DNA from: Candidatus Falkowbacteria bacterium
Lineage (GTDB): Bacteria; Patescibacteriota; Patescibacteriia; CAIXNZ01
Direction of reading: 5' to 3'
Assembly (NCBI GenBank): GCA_963774955.1
Contig: CAVZGV010000005.1
Span: 30,495-94,494, forward strand
DNA: 64,000 bases
Part shown: positions 10,598 to 20,518 of the stretch, piece after piece
Layout of the letters: each line of letters opens with the position of its first letter
Numbering within the stretch: position 1 is the stretch's first letter
Notes under the pieces: generated by a model
Seen by the model: only the letters and a program-made list of their open reading frames with translations
What the model was told of the DNA's origin: nothing
The model's database searches: none
Translations under genes and position numbers: made by a program

Positions 10598-10681
10598 TTT
10601 TACGGACGGACACACTTCAGTGTGTTACGGCTCTTCCGTATCTCCAAACAGTCCCCTAACAGACTAAAGTCTGTCCTTCCG
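10598..10681. repeat. inverted REP doublet (REPIN-like) at RAYT 5' end
   Basis: ACACACTTCAGTGTGT copy at about 10610-10625 and inverted variant ACAGACTAAAGTCTGT at about 10659-10674. Confidence 0.8.
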
Positions 10682-10687
10682 GGTTAT

Positions 10688-12076
10688 TTATCTTACCCAG
10701 CCAATAACCTTTACAAACATGCCCAAGCACAACCACCAAAGCATAATGCCGAAATATAGAGTCCAAAAATAATGGTCAAAAACCATGAGCACTAAAATTG
10801 CAATTAAAATTGCCGTAAAGCCCAAAAACCAAAAATATTTTTCACGGTAAAATTCATGGATATCGCTAAACTTGAATAAACCGAAAACCTGGAGCAAACT
10901 AATCTGTTCATCAATTTTATATGTCCAGATGCGTCGCATGGCTTCAATAATAATTAGAATCAAAACTATAAAGCCAAAAATCCCCAGTTCAGCCGCAACC
11001 AATAAATAAACATTATGTACCGGCTGATATGAATAGCTGGGAAATTTGCTTAAGTCTTTATTATATAAAGCTAGGGTATAATTGCCCAGGCCGACTCCTG
11101 TCAGCCAATTATTTTTCAATAATTCCTTGGCCTGATCCAAATATTGCGCCCGCTCTTGCTGCGACTTCACTTCAAGACGGTCCTGGCTATTGATTCTGGT
11201 AAATAGCGGGCCGCGATAAATAATGCCCAAAAAGCTAAAAGTAATAATACCAATCAAGACCAAGGCTCCTAATTTACGTAAGGCTGTCGCATCTCTGGAA
11301 AAGCCTATAAAAATGGCCAGAAAGAAAAAAGCAATCGACAAAGACAAAAAGGCGCCTTTGGAAAAAGTAAAAAAAAGGCCGATCAAAATAACAGGCGCAC
11401 AAACCCAAAGTATAATTTTTTCCCATTGATGCCGGGCCAAAATTAAACTCACAACCAGCAACAAAAAACTGATAACTAAAAAACCAGCTAAAATATTGGG
11501 ATGAGGCAAAGAACCATAAGCGCGCAAAAGTCTCGATCCGGCTGTTTCTACCACTGAAACTCCCAAGGTTTGAGGCAATTGTTCGGCCATGCCCAGCCAT
11601 TTACTGGCCCAGACCTGCTGAGTAAAAAACTGATAAATACCCAGACCTGATTGGATAGTGCCGGCCAGGATCAAAGCGCCGACCAGCTTCAGATATCTGA
11701 ATTTGAAATTTATAGCCAGACAAAGCAGGCCCAAACCTTCCAGCATTTTCAATAAATAATACCAGGCGGCATTCTGATCAGGACTAAAGAAAATACTGAT
11801 AGCGGCGACGATTAACAGCGCTAAAAACAGGATGTAAAAATCCAAAACTTTATAATTCAAAAAAACTATTTCCCAATCCCGATTTAGCAACTTATAAATT
11901 AAGGCTAAAATCAAAATTAAAACCAATAAAACCTCCGTGGCATAAAGACTAAAAGTCAGATACTGACTATCCCCGTCACCCAGCATCCCATAATGCCAAA
12001 TCCACCTGGTTTGCCAGGGCAAAAGGAAAATAAAAAGATAAAACAGATATTCAATAATTTTGGCTAATTTGGTCAT
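10688..12076 (-). CDS. O-antigen ligase (Wzy_C/WaaL-like) family protein
   Basis: multi-TM; RAYGSLPHPN, TFSKGA, GVGLGNY, PVHNVYLLVAAELG. Confidence 0.85.
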   Translation of the reverse strand: MTKLAKIIEYLFYLFIFLLPWQTRWIWHYGMLGDGDSQYLTFSLYATEVLLVLILILALIYKLLNRDWEIVFLNYKVLDFYILFLALLIVAAISIFFSPDQNAAWYYLLKMLEGLGLLCLAINFKFRYLKLVGALILAGTIQSGLGIYQFFTQQVWASKWLGMAEQLPQTLGVSVVETAGSRLLRAYGSLPHPNILAGFLVISFLLLVVSLILARHQWEKIILWVCAPVILIGLFFTFSKGAFLSLSIAFFFLAIFIGFSRDATALRKLGALVLIGIITFSFLGIIYRGPLFTRINSQDRLEVKSQQERAQYLDQAKELLKNNWLTGVGLGNYTLALYNKDLSKFPSYSYQPVHNVYLLVAAELGIFGFIVLILIIIEAMRRIWTYKIDEQISLLQVFGLFKFSDIHEFYREKYFWFLGFTAILIAILVLMVFDHYFWTLYFGIMLWWLCLGMFVKVIGWVR

Positions 12077-12182
12077 ATATTTATTATATCTTAATTAATT
12101 TAAATTGGCTAAGCAGGCTTGACATTCACATATTACCATGATAAGCTGAACAATCGAGTACCTTACAAACAAAGGAGAAGAA

Positions 12183-13154
12183 ATGAAAAAATTTCCAGTC
12201 GGCTTGTGTCTAACGATTGCAGTTTTGGGACTTTGTGCCCCAAAAGCCAAGGCTGAAAATCGTCACATGCAACTTGAATTCAATGAGTATGACGGCATGG
12301 TTTTAGGCATCAATATGATATCAAACGGGATGATGGGAGGAACCGGTGCTTACCTGACCGCCCATCCAAATGCCAATATTACGGATTTCCCGAAAATGAT
12401 GCGCAGCGAAATTTACTGGCGTGGTTTTTTGCAGGGATCAATCGGCGGCAGCCTGGTCTATGCCGGTGAAAAAACCATGACCTTTCAGACTGACTATGAA
12501 TATTCCATTCTGACCGGTAAACATCTGTCCAACTTGGGAACTTCAATAACCTATTCCGCCAGTCAAAATGAAAACTGGCTGGCCAATCCCAGTTATATTT
12601 CCGATCTCGGACCTATAGTTTTTCACTGGAAAAAAAGTTATGGCTGGAAACCTGAAGTTTACATCCTGCCCCATTCGCTGGTTGTGACAATGTATAGTTT
12701 CAGCCAATATACCTTTGAATCCGAACTAAGTCTTAAAACAGGCCTTCTCGTTTTTTCTGGAAAACTCTCTCCAGATAGCACGATTTTTGGTGTCTGTGAA
12801 GCCAATATAATCACCATGGATACTAAGGCCATTGATGGCTGGGCTGATGAAAACTCTTCATATGTGACTGAGTTTGTGCTAAGCCATGAATCGATCCACA
12901 GCCGCTGGAACCACTTCCAGTATATGCCAATGGATGCAATTTATAATTACCAGATCAATAACTGGGCCGATTCAACTACCAGGGTAAATCTTAACTTCTT
13001 GAGATATGAAAATCAGCCTTTCCGCATAGGCGCCGACCTGACCAGCGGAGTTTTTTTCTGGTCAATAGCCAAATGGGAAGATGCCGGAGGAACACCGCAG
13101 TCTTTAACTCTGCATGAAATGGCATCATCTAAACTTTTTCAATATGTCGACTAA
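12183..13154 (+). CDS. secreted hypothetical protein with HExxH motif
   Basis: signal peptide (AKA|EN), 'LSHESIH'; own promoter, SD and terminator (13176-13205). Confidence 0.65.
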   Translation: MKKFPVGLCLTIAVLGLCAPKAKAENRHMQLEFNEYDGMVLGINMISNGMMGGTGAYLTAHPNANITDFPKMMRSEIYWRGFLQGSIGGSLVYAGEKTMTFQTDYEYSILTGKHLSNLGTSITYSASQNENWLANPSYISDLGPIVFHWKKSYGWKPEVYILPHSLVVTMYSFSQYTFESELSLKTGLLVFSGKLSPDSTIFGVCEANIITMDTKAIDGWADENSSYVTEFVLSHESIHSRWNHFQYMPMDAIYNYQINNWADSTTRVNLNFLRYENQPFRIGADLTSGVFFWSIAKWEDAGGTPQSLTLHEMASSKLFQYVD

Positions 13155-13217
13155 CTTTTAAAATTCTGACATCACAAAACCCCTCTGCCTTCAGAGGGGT
13201 TTTTCTTTTGCTGCAAA

Positions 13218-14180
13218 TTATTTTAATAATTCACTGCGTTTTTGTTCAAATTTTTCCAGGTATTCCAGCCTGCGGTCGCTTTCATGAAACTTTAACATTT
13301 TATCGTTAATAACTACTCGATTATCGCCCACAACCGCCAAATCTTTTTTCTTCTGGGACATTTTTTTCAGTTGCATCTTTTTGAATTTAGCTTCCAGCCA
13401 ATCACCGAATTTGCCCTGCCAGACGTATTCTTTGGTTTCGGCAATGGCTTTACTGGCAGAAGTATCCTCCACCCGCAGACGCGGACCCAACTCCTTGGGT
13501 AAAAAATTGGGGAAATATTTTTTCAGCCAGGCGTTTGCAGCTACTAATTTGGCATAGAAATTTTCACGCTGATAAATCGGCTGTAAAGTTGCCAGCCAAA
13601 AATCTAAATAAATATCATCCTTGGCGATTTTAATATCGGCTAAATCTAAATTTTCATCGGTCACGAAAAAACTCAAGCAAATCTTGTCTTTAACTTTGGC
13701 TTTAGGCGGTCGCAGTCCTAAAATAGTGATAATAAAGATCATGGCAAAACGAATCAGCCAGATCCGTCCGCTGGAGACGATAACAAAAAGATCAATATCG
13801 CTTTCTTCCTTGGCATTGCTGAAGGACAGGCTGTTACAAACAGCGACTAATTTTATAAAGGGTAAAAATTTAAATAATTTTATTGCCTTCAAGGCTAATT
13901 TATATTTTTTAGCGGCAATATTATAGCGCTGCAAACGAACATCAATAATTTCCTGTCTGCCTTTCAAAAAATAAAAACCGCGTTCAGCGGCCGTCAGTTT
14001 TTGCATAATATTACTATTTTTTAAACAATCCTCTATTTCTAATAAGCCGAAATCTCCGCCCTGCATGCCTTCAGAATAAAGATACTGCCAGATTTCCTGG
14101 CCAGTCAGCGGATAATCAAATAAGTCAAAATAAAGAATGGTATTAAGGATGAAGAGTTCGAGGTAATTTATGTTGAACAT
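13218..14180 (-). CDS. conserved protein with nucleotidyltransferase-like motif
   Basis: 'CNSLSFSNAKEESDIDLF' (DxD) and N-terminal 'YFDLFDYPLT'. Confidence 0.65.
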   Translation of the reverse strand: MFNINYLELFILNTILYFDLFDYPLTGQEIWQYLYSEGMQGGDFGLLEIEDCLKNSNIMQKLTAAERGFYFLKGRQEIIDVRLQRYNIAAKKYKLALKAIKLFKFLPFIKLVAVCNSLSFSNAKEESDIDLFVIVSSGRIWLIRFAMIFIITILGLRPPKAKVKDKICLSFFVTDENLDLADIKIAKDDIYLDFWLATLQPIYQRENFYAKLVAANAWLKKYFPNFLPKELGPRLRVEDTSASKAIAETKEYVWQGKFGDWLEAKFKKMQLKKMSQKKKDLAVVGDNRVVINDKMLKFHESDRRLEYLEKFEQKRSELLK

Positions 14181-14328
14181 ATATATTAAGTGCTAAGTGT
14201 TAAGGTAAGGAAGCCAGTTAAGTGACCAGTGCTAAGTGTAATTTGAGATAAATACTTTTCACCTTTTACCTTACACCAAACCAACATCTTAACCCTGCCG
14301 GCAGACAAACCATTCACGATTCACTAAT

Positions 14329-14643
14329 TTACATTTCTTCAGTTACCACCGGTTCAGTACTTTCCAATTTATTAACCTCGGCAATTTTATTTATTGCTCC
14401 GGACTTAAATTTAACTACGGCATCATCAACCACCATATTATCCTCATCAAAACTAATAACCTGAGATTTATTTATTATTAAACTATCCTCAAATAAGCCG
14501 GGAATTAATTTCTTCGTACGAACATAATATTTCTCAATTATTCCGGTATCAGTTTCCAGCCCAAAATCTCGAATATAACCCAAAAACTGACCGCCTTGAG
14601 TTACAACCGTGACTTTCTTCAATTGTTTCAGGGAAATAATCAT
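14329..14643 (-). CDS. PRC-barrel domain protein
   Basis: 'VVTQGGQFLGYIRDFGLETDTGIIEKY'. Confidence 0.75.
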   Translation of the reverse strand: MIISLKQLKKVTVVTQGGQFLGYIRDFGLETDTGIIEKYYVRTKKLIPGLFEDSLIINKSQVISFDEDNMVVDDAVVKFKSGAINKIAEVNKLESTEPVVTEEM

Positions 14644-14653
14644 AGCTGAGAAC

Positions 14654-15439
14654 TTATTTATTTAAGGTTGAAAATCCTTCCTTCGAAGTTTCACCTTCCA
14701 AATTGTCTTTTTTCTTCTTTTTAAACATCCAAACCTGCTGTAAGGCCATTAAAAGCGTAGTTAAAAACCAATATAGAGAAAGACCGGCCGGCAGGCTGAC
14801 GCCAATGATGACTGTAAACATCGGCATAAAATATACAATCTGTTTATTCATAATGGACATCATTTTTTCATCTGATGAGCCGGCAATTTCCTTGCCCTTA
14901 ATTAAGGGCGGATTTTTTGTCATCATCATTTTGCTTTGCCAAAACTGAGCCAGACCGGCCATAATTGCCAAGACAATACTTGGTTTGGATAAATCAATAA
15001 AACCTAGTGATATAGTATTGATGGTACCGGGATTTTGGATAAAGGCATACAGCATTTCCATGCTCTGGGATTGCAAACCATGAATAAAAACCTGATATAA
15101 AGCAATCAAAAACGGCAACTGGATCAGCAGCGGCAGACAAGAAGAAAATGGATTTACATTTTCACTCTTATAAAGAATCATCAGTTCCTTGGCCATCTTT
15201 TCCTGATCATCCTTATACTGTTTACGCAAAGCTTCAACTTTTGGCTGGATATCCTGCAAGGCTCGCTGCGATTTAATTGACTGGTAATAAAGCGGAAACA
15301 AAATCACCCTAATGACCAAAGTCAGAAAGATAATAGCCAAGCCAATATCATGACCGGGAATGGTATTGTAAAGCCAAACTAAAGCATTGAACAGCGGCTG
15401 ATAAAAAATCGTATTGTAAACTAATACTATATAGGACAT
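14654..15439 (-). CDS. yidC: membrane protein insertase YidC
   Basis: GLAIIFLTLVIR, NPFSSCLPLLIQLP, PAGLSLYW. Confidence 0.92.
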   Translation of the reverse strand: MSYIVLVYNTIFYQPLFNALVWLYNTIPGHDIGLAIIFLTLVIRVILFPLYYQSIKSQRALQDIQPKVEALRKQYKDDQEKMAKELMILYKSENVNPFSSCLPLLIQLPFLIALYQVFIHGLQSQSMEMLYAFIQNPGTINTISLGFIDLSKPSIVLAIMAGLAQFWQSKMMMTKNPPLIKGKEIAGSSDEKMMSIMNKQIVYFMPMFTVIIGVSLPAGLSLYWFLTTLLMALQQVWMFKKKKKDNLEGETSKEGFSTLNK

Positions 15440-15475
15440 TTTTTAATTTTAATTTTTAAATATAACTCCTGGAAA

Positions 15476-16900
15476 TTAATCCTGAGCTTTAACTTTTTTT
15501 TCTTTTTTAACCTTTTTCTCCTTTGGTTCCTTGGTTTTTTTAACCTTTTTTTCTGCCTTTTCTACCTTTTCTTCTTTAACTTCTTCAGCTGCTGTCTCTT
15601 TTATTGCTGCCTGCGCCGGCACCTCTTCGGCCACAGCAGCAGCGACTTCTTCCTTTTCACCGGTCGGAGTTTCCTTTAGAATATTAATTCTCCAGCCGGT
15701 CAATTTGGCTGCCAGACGGACATTCTGGCCTTCTTTACCAATAGCCAATGACAGCTGATCTTCAGCCACTGTCACTGAAGCCATTTTATCTGTTTCGTTA
15801 ATTTCTATACCCAAAACCTTGGCCGGAGACAAAGCATTACTGATAAACCTACGGGGATCTTCATTCCATTCAATAATATCAATTTTTTCTCCGCCGATTT
15901 CATTGATAATTGTTTGGATTCTGGAGCCTCTTTGTCCCACGCACGAGCCAATCGGATCAATACCCTCAGCGTTGCTTCTGACTGCAACTTTAGAACGGGC
16001 TCCGGCTTCGCGGGCAATGGCCATAATATCAATGGATTTATTGCCAATTTCAGGAATTTCATTCTCAAATAATTTACTGATTAATTCAGGGCTGGTGCGG
16101 GAAACAATGATTTCTGCGCCTTTGATCGTCATTTCCACCCGGGCAACATAAAATTTCAGACGATCACCTGGATTATATCGTTCTGACCTTATTTGTTCTT
16201 CCATCGGCATCAGGGCAGTTACTTTACCGAAATCAACCAAGACTCCGCGCATTTCTTTGCGTTGGACAGAACCGGTTAATAATTCGTGTTCTTTGGATTT
16301 AAATTCATTAAAGACATTTTCTCTTTCAGCTTCTCTGATTTTCTGAATAATAACCTGTTTAGCAGTCTGGGCAGCCATACGGCCAAAATCATCAGGAATC
16401 TCCAATGGAATTATTAATTCATCGCCGACTTTAATTGATTTCTTTATTTTCTTGGCATCATCTAATAGCAGCTCTACTTTGGGATTGAATTTAATAGCTT
16501 CCTGGGGCAATTCATTGTCATCGATATCCTCTACGGTCAAAATTTTAGTTGTCTCTTTTTCCTCAGTTTTATTGCCTTTTTCTTCGGCGACTGTTTCACC
16601 GGCTTCGGTTAAAGCCGGTTCTCCCGGAACTTTAACAAATTTCTTATCACGTCCCAAAACATCGATTTCAGCAATTATTTCTTCCGGAAAATCAACGACT
16701 ATTTTTTTATCATAAACCTTCATTTTTCCGCTTTCTAAATCAAATTCAAAAATAATATTCTGATTCTTGGTGCCAAAATCCTTGCGATAAGCCGCGGCCA
16801 AGGCTGAATTAATTGTTTCCATGATTGAGGCTTCGGATAAGCCTTTTTCAACGGCAATTTGTTTGATTGCCTGCTGAATTGTTTTCAAATCTAAATTCAT
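15476..16900 (-). CDS. nusA: transcription factor NusA
   Basis: FGRMAAQTAKQVIIQKIREAER, AREAGARSKVAV, LAIGKEGQNVRLA. Confidence 0.97.
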   Translation of the reverse strand: MNLDLKTIQQAIKQIAVEKGLSEASIMETINSALAAAYRKDFGTKNQNIIFEFDLESGKMKVYDKKIVVDFPEEIIAEIDVLGRDKKFVKVPGEPALTEAGETVAEEKGNKTEEKETTKILTVEDIDDNELPQEAIKFNPKVELLLDDAKKIKKSIKVGDELIIPLEIPDDFGRMAAQTAKQVIIQKIREAERENVFNEFKSKEHELLTGSVQRKEMRGVLVDFGKVTALMPMEEQIRSERYNPGDRLKFYVARVEMTIKGAEIIVSRTSPELISKLFENEIPEIGNKSIDIMAIAREAGARSKVAVRSNAEGIDPIGSCVGQRGSRIQTIINEIGGEKIDIIEWNEDPRRFISNALSPAKVLGIEINETDKMASVTVAEDQLSLAIGKEGQNVRLAAKLTGWRINILKETPTGEKEEVAAAVAEEVPAQAAIKETAAEEVKEEKVEKAEKKVKKTKEPKEKKVKKEKKVKAQD

Positions 16901-16909
16901 ATTTATTAA

Positions 16910-16984
16910 GTTACAAATCTACAAATATATTACAAATTACTACAAATTTGTAATTATTTGTAGCGTATTTGTATATTTGTAGCA
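16910..16984. repeat. TACAAAT-based palindromic element, copy 1
   Basis: near-identical to 59523-59585. Confidence 0.75.
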
Positions 16985-17109
16985 TAATTTTTAAAATAAA
17001 AACCAGTTTAAAATACATTAAACTAGTCTATTAGTATTATACATGTTTTAAAACCCGATGTCAAATTGAAAAAATTGCCTGAAATAACCGCGATTTTAAA
17101 ATAATTTTC

Positions 17110-17472
17110 TTACTCGGAAATATTTTTATGATGCCGGATTATCGCCTTACTCTCACTGCGATTAATCACAATGGCAATTATATCAAAACGGTAATTATCA
17201 TGATTAATCTGGGCTTTGGCCAAATATTGCCAGGCCGCCTGATGCATTTTTTCCTTTTTCCGGTCAGTCACGGCTTCTTCAGGTAAGCCATACTTGTCAG
17301 ATAAGCGGGTTTTAACTTCAATAAAAATTATTTGCCCGTCTTTTTGGGCGATCAGATCGATTTCACCCTGTCGGGTATAATAATTACTTTCTACAAGCTG
17401 ATAATTTCGTTGTTTTAAAAAATCGACAGCTAGTTTTTGACCATAGCTGCCGACTTTTATCTTGAAATTCAT
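17110..17472 (-). CDS. yraN: YraN family endonuclease-like protein
   Basis: GEIDLIA, FIEVKTR, RFDII. Confidence 0.9.
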   Translation of the reverse strand: MNFKIKVGSYGQKLAVDFLKQRNYQLVESNYYTRQGEIDLIAQKDGQIIFIEVKTRLSDKYGLPEEAVTDRKKEKMHQAAWQYLAKAQINHDNYRFDIIAIVINRSESKAIIRHHKNISE

Positions 17473-17901
17473 TTAATTTTTAACTAAGTACTTTTTTAAT
17501 TGGCGCTTCTGATCCAATTCCTTTTGCTTCTGAGGCATTTCTTTGAGATAAAATCTCAGCAAATAAAAAAACCAAATAAGCGCCATCAGCAGCCAGATCA
17601 TTATCCAAAAACGACCGCCCAAAACCGGAATTGCCTCATACCTAAAAAAGAAAATAAAGGTAAAAGAAACAGCCATAGTTAGAAAAAAACTGCCTGTTTT
17701 GTGCACAAAATTAGCTTTAATAAAGCTGCGCTTGGCAATCAGCTTTTTTTCGCTGAAATAACCGGCGCCATAACATGCATAGCAAACTAATAAAACCACC
17801 AGAAATATTTTCTCAAAGCGGTCAGAGAGTTCGCCTGGATTAACTTCCAGCCAAAAAGGCACGGAAAAAATTTTCCCCCAGTCAATTCCTAGAAATACCA
17901 T
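17473..17901 (-). CDS. hypothetical membrane protein
   Basis: 3 TM segments, operonic with neighbours. Confidence 0.7.
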   Translation of the reverse strand: MVFLGIDWGKIFSVPFWLEVNPGELSDRFEKIFLVVLLVCYACYGAGYFSEKKLIAKRSFIKANFVHKTGSFFLTMAVSFTFIFFFRYEAIPVLGGRFWIMIWLLMALIWFFYLLRFYLKEMPQKQKELDQKRQLKKYLVKN

Positions 17902-17931
17902 ATTAACAAGAATTAAGTATTAATAATTATT

Positions 17932-18483
17932 TTAATTACGCTGTAAAATAAGACCCCAGAAATACTGGCCGAAATCAGTGTCTTCAATCAAACTTAGCCC
18001 GGCTTTACTGGCCAATATTTTAACTTGTTCCTTATCAACCCTTAATTCTGGAGGCGGTCCGAAAGGCGCCGAGATCTTTTTCCAATCAATCACAATCAGC
18101 TTACCGCCTTGCTTTAACAACCTGGCGGCTTCAGCCAAAAGCTCGCTTTGATTTTTATTCTGAAATAAAACATTCACCAAAAAAGCCACGTCTAAACTTG
18201 CAGCCGGGATATTGGTCATGCCTAGCTTTTCCAAATTTGACCAAACATACTCCATATTGGTCAAACCTTCCATTTTGGCCTTGTTTTTCACGGAATCTAA
18301 GGCTGCTTTCTGAATATCTACCGCATAAGCCTTGCCTTCCTTACCTATGATCTTAGCTGCCGGTAAAATAAAATAACCCAGGTTGCCGCAGCCCAAGCAG
18401 GCCACATTCATACCGACAATCAAGCCGGTCTTGTCAAAAATCTCCTGCTGTTTTAAAAATTGTAATCCCTCTGTTACTGGCAT
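17932..18483 (-). CDS. class I SAM-dependent methyltransferase
   Basis: 'LGCGNLG', 'YAVDIQ', 'LKQGGKLIVIDW'. Confidence 0.85.
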   Translation of the reverse strand: MPVTEGLQFLKQQEIFDKTGLIVGMNVACLGCGNLGYFILPAAKIIGKEGKAYAVDIQKAALDSVKNKAKMEGLTNMEYVWSNLEKLGMTNIPAASLDVAFLVNVLFQNKNQSELLAEAARLLKQGGKLIVIDWKKISAPFGPPPELRVDKEQVKILASKAGLSLIEDTDFGQYFWGLILQRN

Positions 18484-18521
18484 ATATATTAAAATTAAAG
18501 ATTAAAAATAAAAAATTTTGG

Positions 18522-18767
18522 TTATTTGGGCAGAAGCGGACCCAAGGCCCAGAAGACAATACCGCCAAAAAGGTCTAACATCATAGTTAAGCCGATAAAA
18601 ATCATGATCAAACCTAAAAGTTTATAAAAAAATCTGGTACCGCCCGAAGTTGACAGATGCTCTTCGGCCCAGGCATTACGCCCGAAATTCTGAACAAACC
18701 ATTCAGTCTTTAAAACTAACCATGGCCCGACAGCGAATAAAATAAATCCGAAAATTTTGACAAACAT
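18522..18767 (-). CDS. small hypothetical membrane protein
   Basis: 81 aa, 2 TMs, 'WAEEHL...GGTRFFYKL'. Confidence 0.65.
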   Translation of the reverse strand: MFVKIFGFILFAVGPWLVLKTEWFVQNFGRNAWAEEHLSTSGGTRFFYKLLGLIMIFIGLTMMLDLFGGIVFWALGPLLPK

Positions 18768-18971
18768 ATATAGATAGTGACTAGTGAATAGGTAAAGAAG
18801 CTAGTCTTGTGTTTAGTGTCTGGACTATAGTGTCTTAAGCTATAACCTAACCGCTATCCACTAAACCAGGATCATGACCTTTGACTTAACACTAATATAA
18901 TATCAAAATATCCGTATTCTGACAACCAAACTTGCCCCCAAACCGCCAAAATGCTAAAATTATTATATAAC

Positions 18972-19005
18972 TTTCCACCAAAGGCGGATCCGCCTCTGGC
19001 GGAAA
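18972..19005. repeat. CCGCC-GGCGGATCCGCC-GGCGG palindromic repeat
   Basis: second copy at 57374-57405. Confidence 0.75.
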
Positions 19006-19030
19006 ATCCTAAATCTGTAATCTAAATAAT

Positions 19031-19219
19031 ATGAAACCAGTAGTCAACCGAGAACTATGCATCGGCTGCGGCGCCTGTGAAGGCGTTTGCCCGGAAGTTT
19101 TTAAGCTTGATGACGGCAAAAGCGAAGTGATTAAACTTGATGATTATGCTCCATTTAAGGACAAAATCGACCAGGCGGTAGATTCTTGTCCGGTTCAAGC
19201 GATCAGCATTGAAGAATAA
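19031..19219 (+). CDS. ferredoxin
   Basis: CIGCGAC...CP and C-terminal CPVQAI. Confidence 0.9.
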   Translation: MKPVVNRELCIGCGACEGVCPEVFKLDDGKSEVIKLDDYAPFKDKIDQAVDSCPVQAISIEE

Positions 19220-19292
19220 GACTTGACCAAAATCAAAAAATGTCGTAAAATTCAAATAGCATTTTTTGATTTTTTATTTGCCTGAGAGCTGA

Positions 19293-19376
19293 GCCGGGGT
19301 GGCGAAATTGGTACACGCACTACCTTGAGGTGGTAGCGACCGCAAGGCCATGGAGGTTCGAGTCCTCTCTCCGGCA
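19293..19376 (+). tRNA. tRNA-Leu(GAG)
   Basis: GCCGGGG/CTCCGGC acceptor stem, CTACC-TTGAGGT-GGTAG anticodon arm, long variable arm, GGTTCGAGTCC; CCA not encoded. Confidence 0.95.
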
Positions 19377-19460
19377 AAATAAAACGATTAATAACGGCAA
19401 CAAAATTCGCTAAGCTCCTTCAAAAAGTTATTATTAAAGTTATAGTTATTAGTTATATAA

Positions 19461-19534
19461 GGGCGCTTAGCTCAGCTGGTTAGAGCGACTCGTTTACACC
19501 GAGTAGGTCGAGGGTTCGACTCCTTCAGCGCCCA
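19461..19534 (+). tRNA. tRNA-Val(TAC)
   Basis: GGGCGCT/AGCGCCC acceptor, ACTCG-TTTACAC-CGAGT anticodon arm; CCA not encoded. Confidence 0.95.
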
Positions 19535-19666
19535 CACTTCGCCTTTCTTGCTTAAGAAAAGGAAGCAAATCTTTAGAATTTGATTTGGCTTCGGTGGGCT
19601 TAGGCCCACAAAAAAATGACCTGATGGGTCATTTTTTTATTTTTTATATAGATTGTGTCAAAATGT

Positions 19667-20077
19667 TTAGACAATATTCAATTCCGCCTTTACTTTTCCC
19701 AAGACCACATCATGCTCACGAATTATAACTTTCTGTTCGGCAACGTCATCATCTATTCTCTTCACCCATTGCGTGGTAAAAATACGCTCTTGATCAAGAC
19801 GCTTGACAATGGTAACAATTTCTTCAAGTGTTTCATTTACTTTACTAAATTCTCCGGCCATATATCTTTCTAAGCCATCGAATCTATTATCATGTTCCAA
19901 TAATTTATCAGTAATTCTGTCCAAACGCAGCTCATGCACATCAAGACGCTTATCAATACCCTCAAAGCGCTTATCCACCTGCTCAAAGCGCTTATCCACC
20001 TGCTCAAAACGTCTATCCAGCTTAACGAAAAGCAGATCATGCTGATTTAATTTATGTAATATTTTATCTCTGACCAT
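19667..20077 (-). CDS. coiled-coil heptad-repeat protein
   Basis: (DKRFEQV)n repeats; exact 2x21-bp repeat at 19961-20002. Confidence 0.7.
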   Translation of the reverse strand: MVRDKILHKLNQHDLLFVKLDRRFEQVDKRFEQVDKRFEGIDKRLDVHELRLDRITDKLLEHDNRFDGLERYMAGEFSKVNETLEEIVTIVKRLDQERIFTTQWVKRIDDDVAEQKVIIREHDVVLGKVKAELNIV

Positions 20078-20390
20078 AAATTATATTTTTTAAGTGTTTT
20101 TATTATAACTTTATTTTTAGCAACCTGTCAAAAACCCTTGGCCTCATCAGTATTATTATAACAATCTCGATTTTTTAAACAATAATTTTTCGTTATAAAA
20201 ACAGTTATATTTCACTAACTGGATACATAAAAAACTAAAGAATCACGCATTTTTTAAGGCCCAAACCAAACAAAAAAGTGTTAAAAATCTCTAACACTTT
20301 TTTCCACAGAGTAAATTTTAAAAACGCCTCACTGACAAACGTATCGTCTGCCTCGTTACCATGACCCTGTACCGCTATCAAACCGGAGGC

Positions 20391-20440
20391 AACCTCATAT
20401 AACCTCATAAAACCTCATTCAACCTAATATAACCTATTCC
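20391..20440. repeat. 5 x 10-bp tandem repeat AACCT(C/A)(A/T)TNN
   Basis: aacctcatat aacctcataa aacctcattc aacctaatat aacctattcc. Confidence 0.75.
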
Positions 20441-20518
20441 TTACTAACTTTAAATTCAATAATAAACTCGCTCCCCTTGCCCGCTCCGGCGCTTTCAGCC
20501 CGGATTTCGGCGTAAATC

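Noticed and set aside
20391-20440. CRISPR or iteron array
   Set aside because: Contiguous 10-bp units without spacers and no replication gene nearby.
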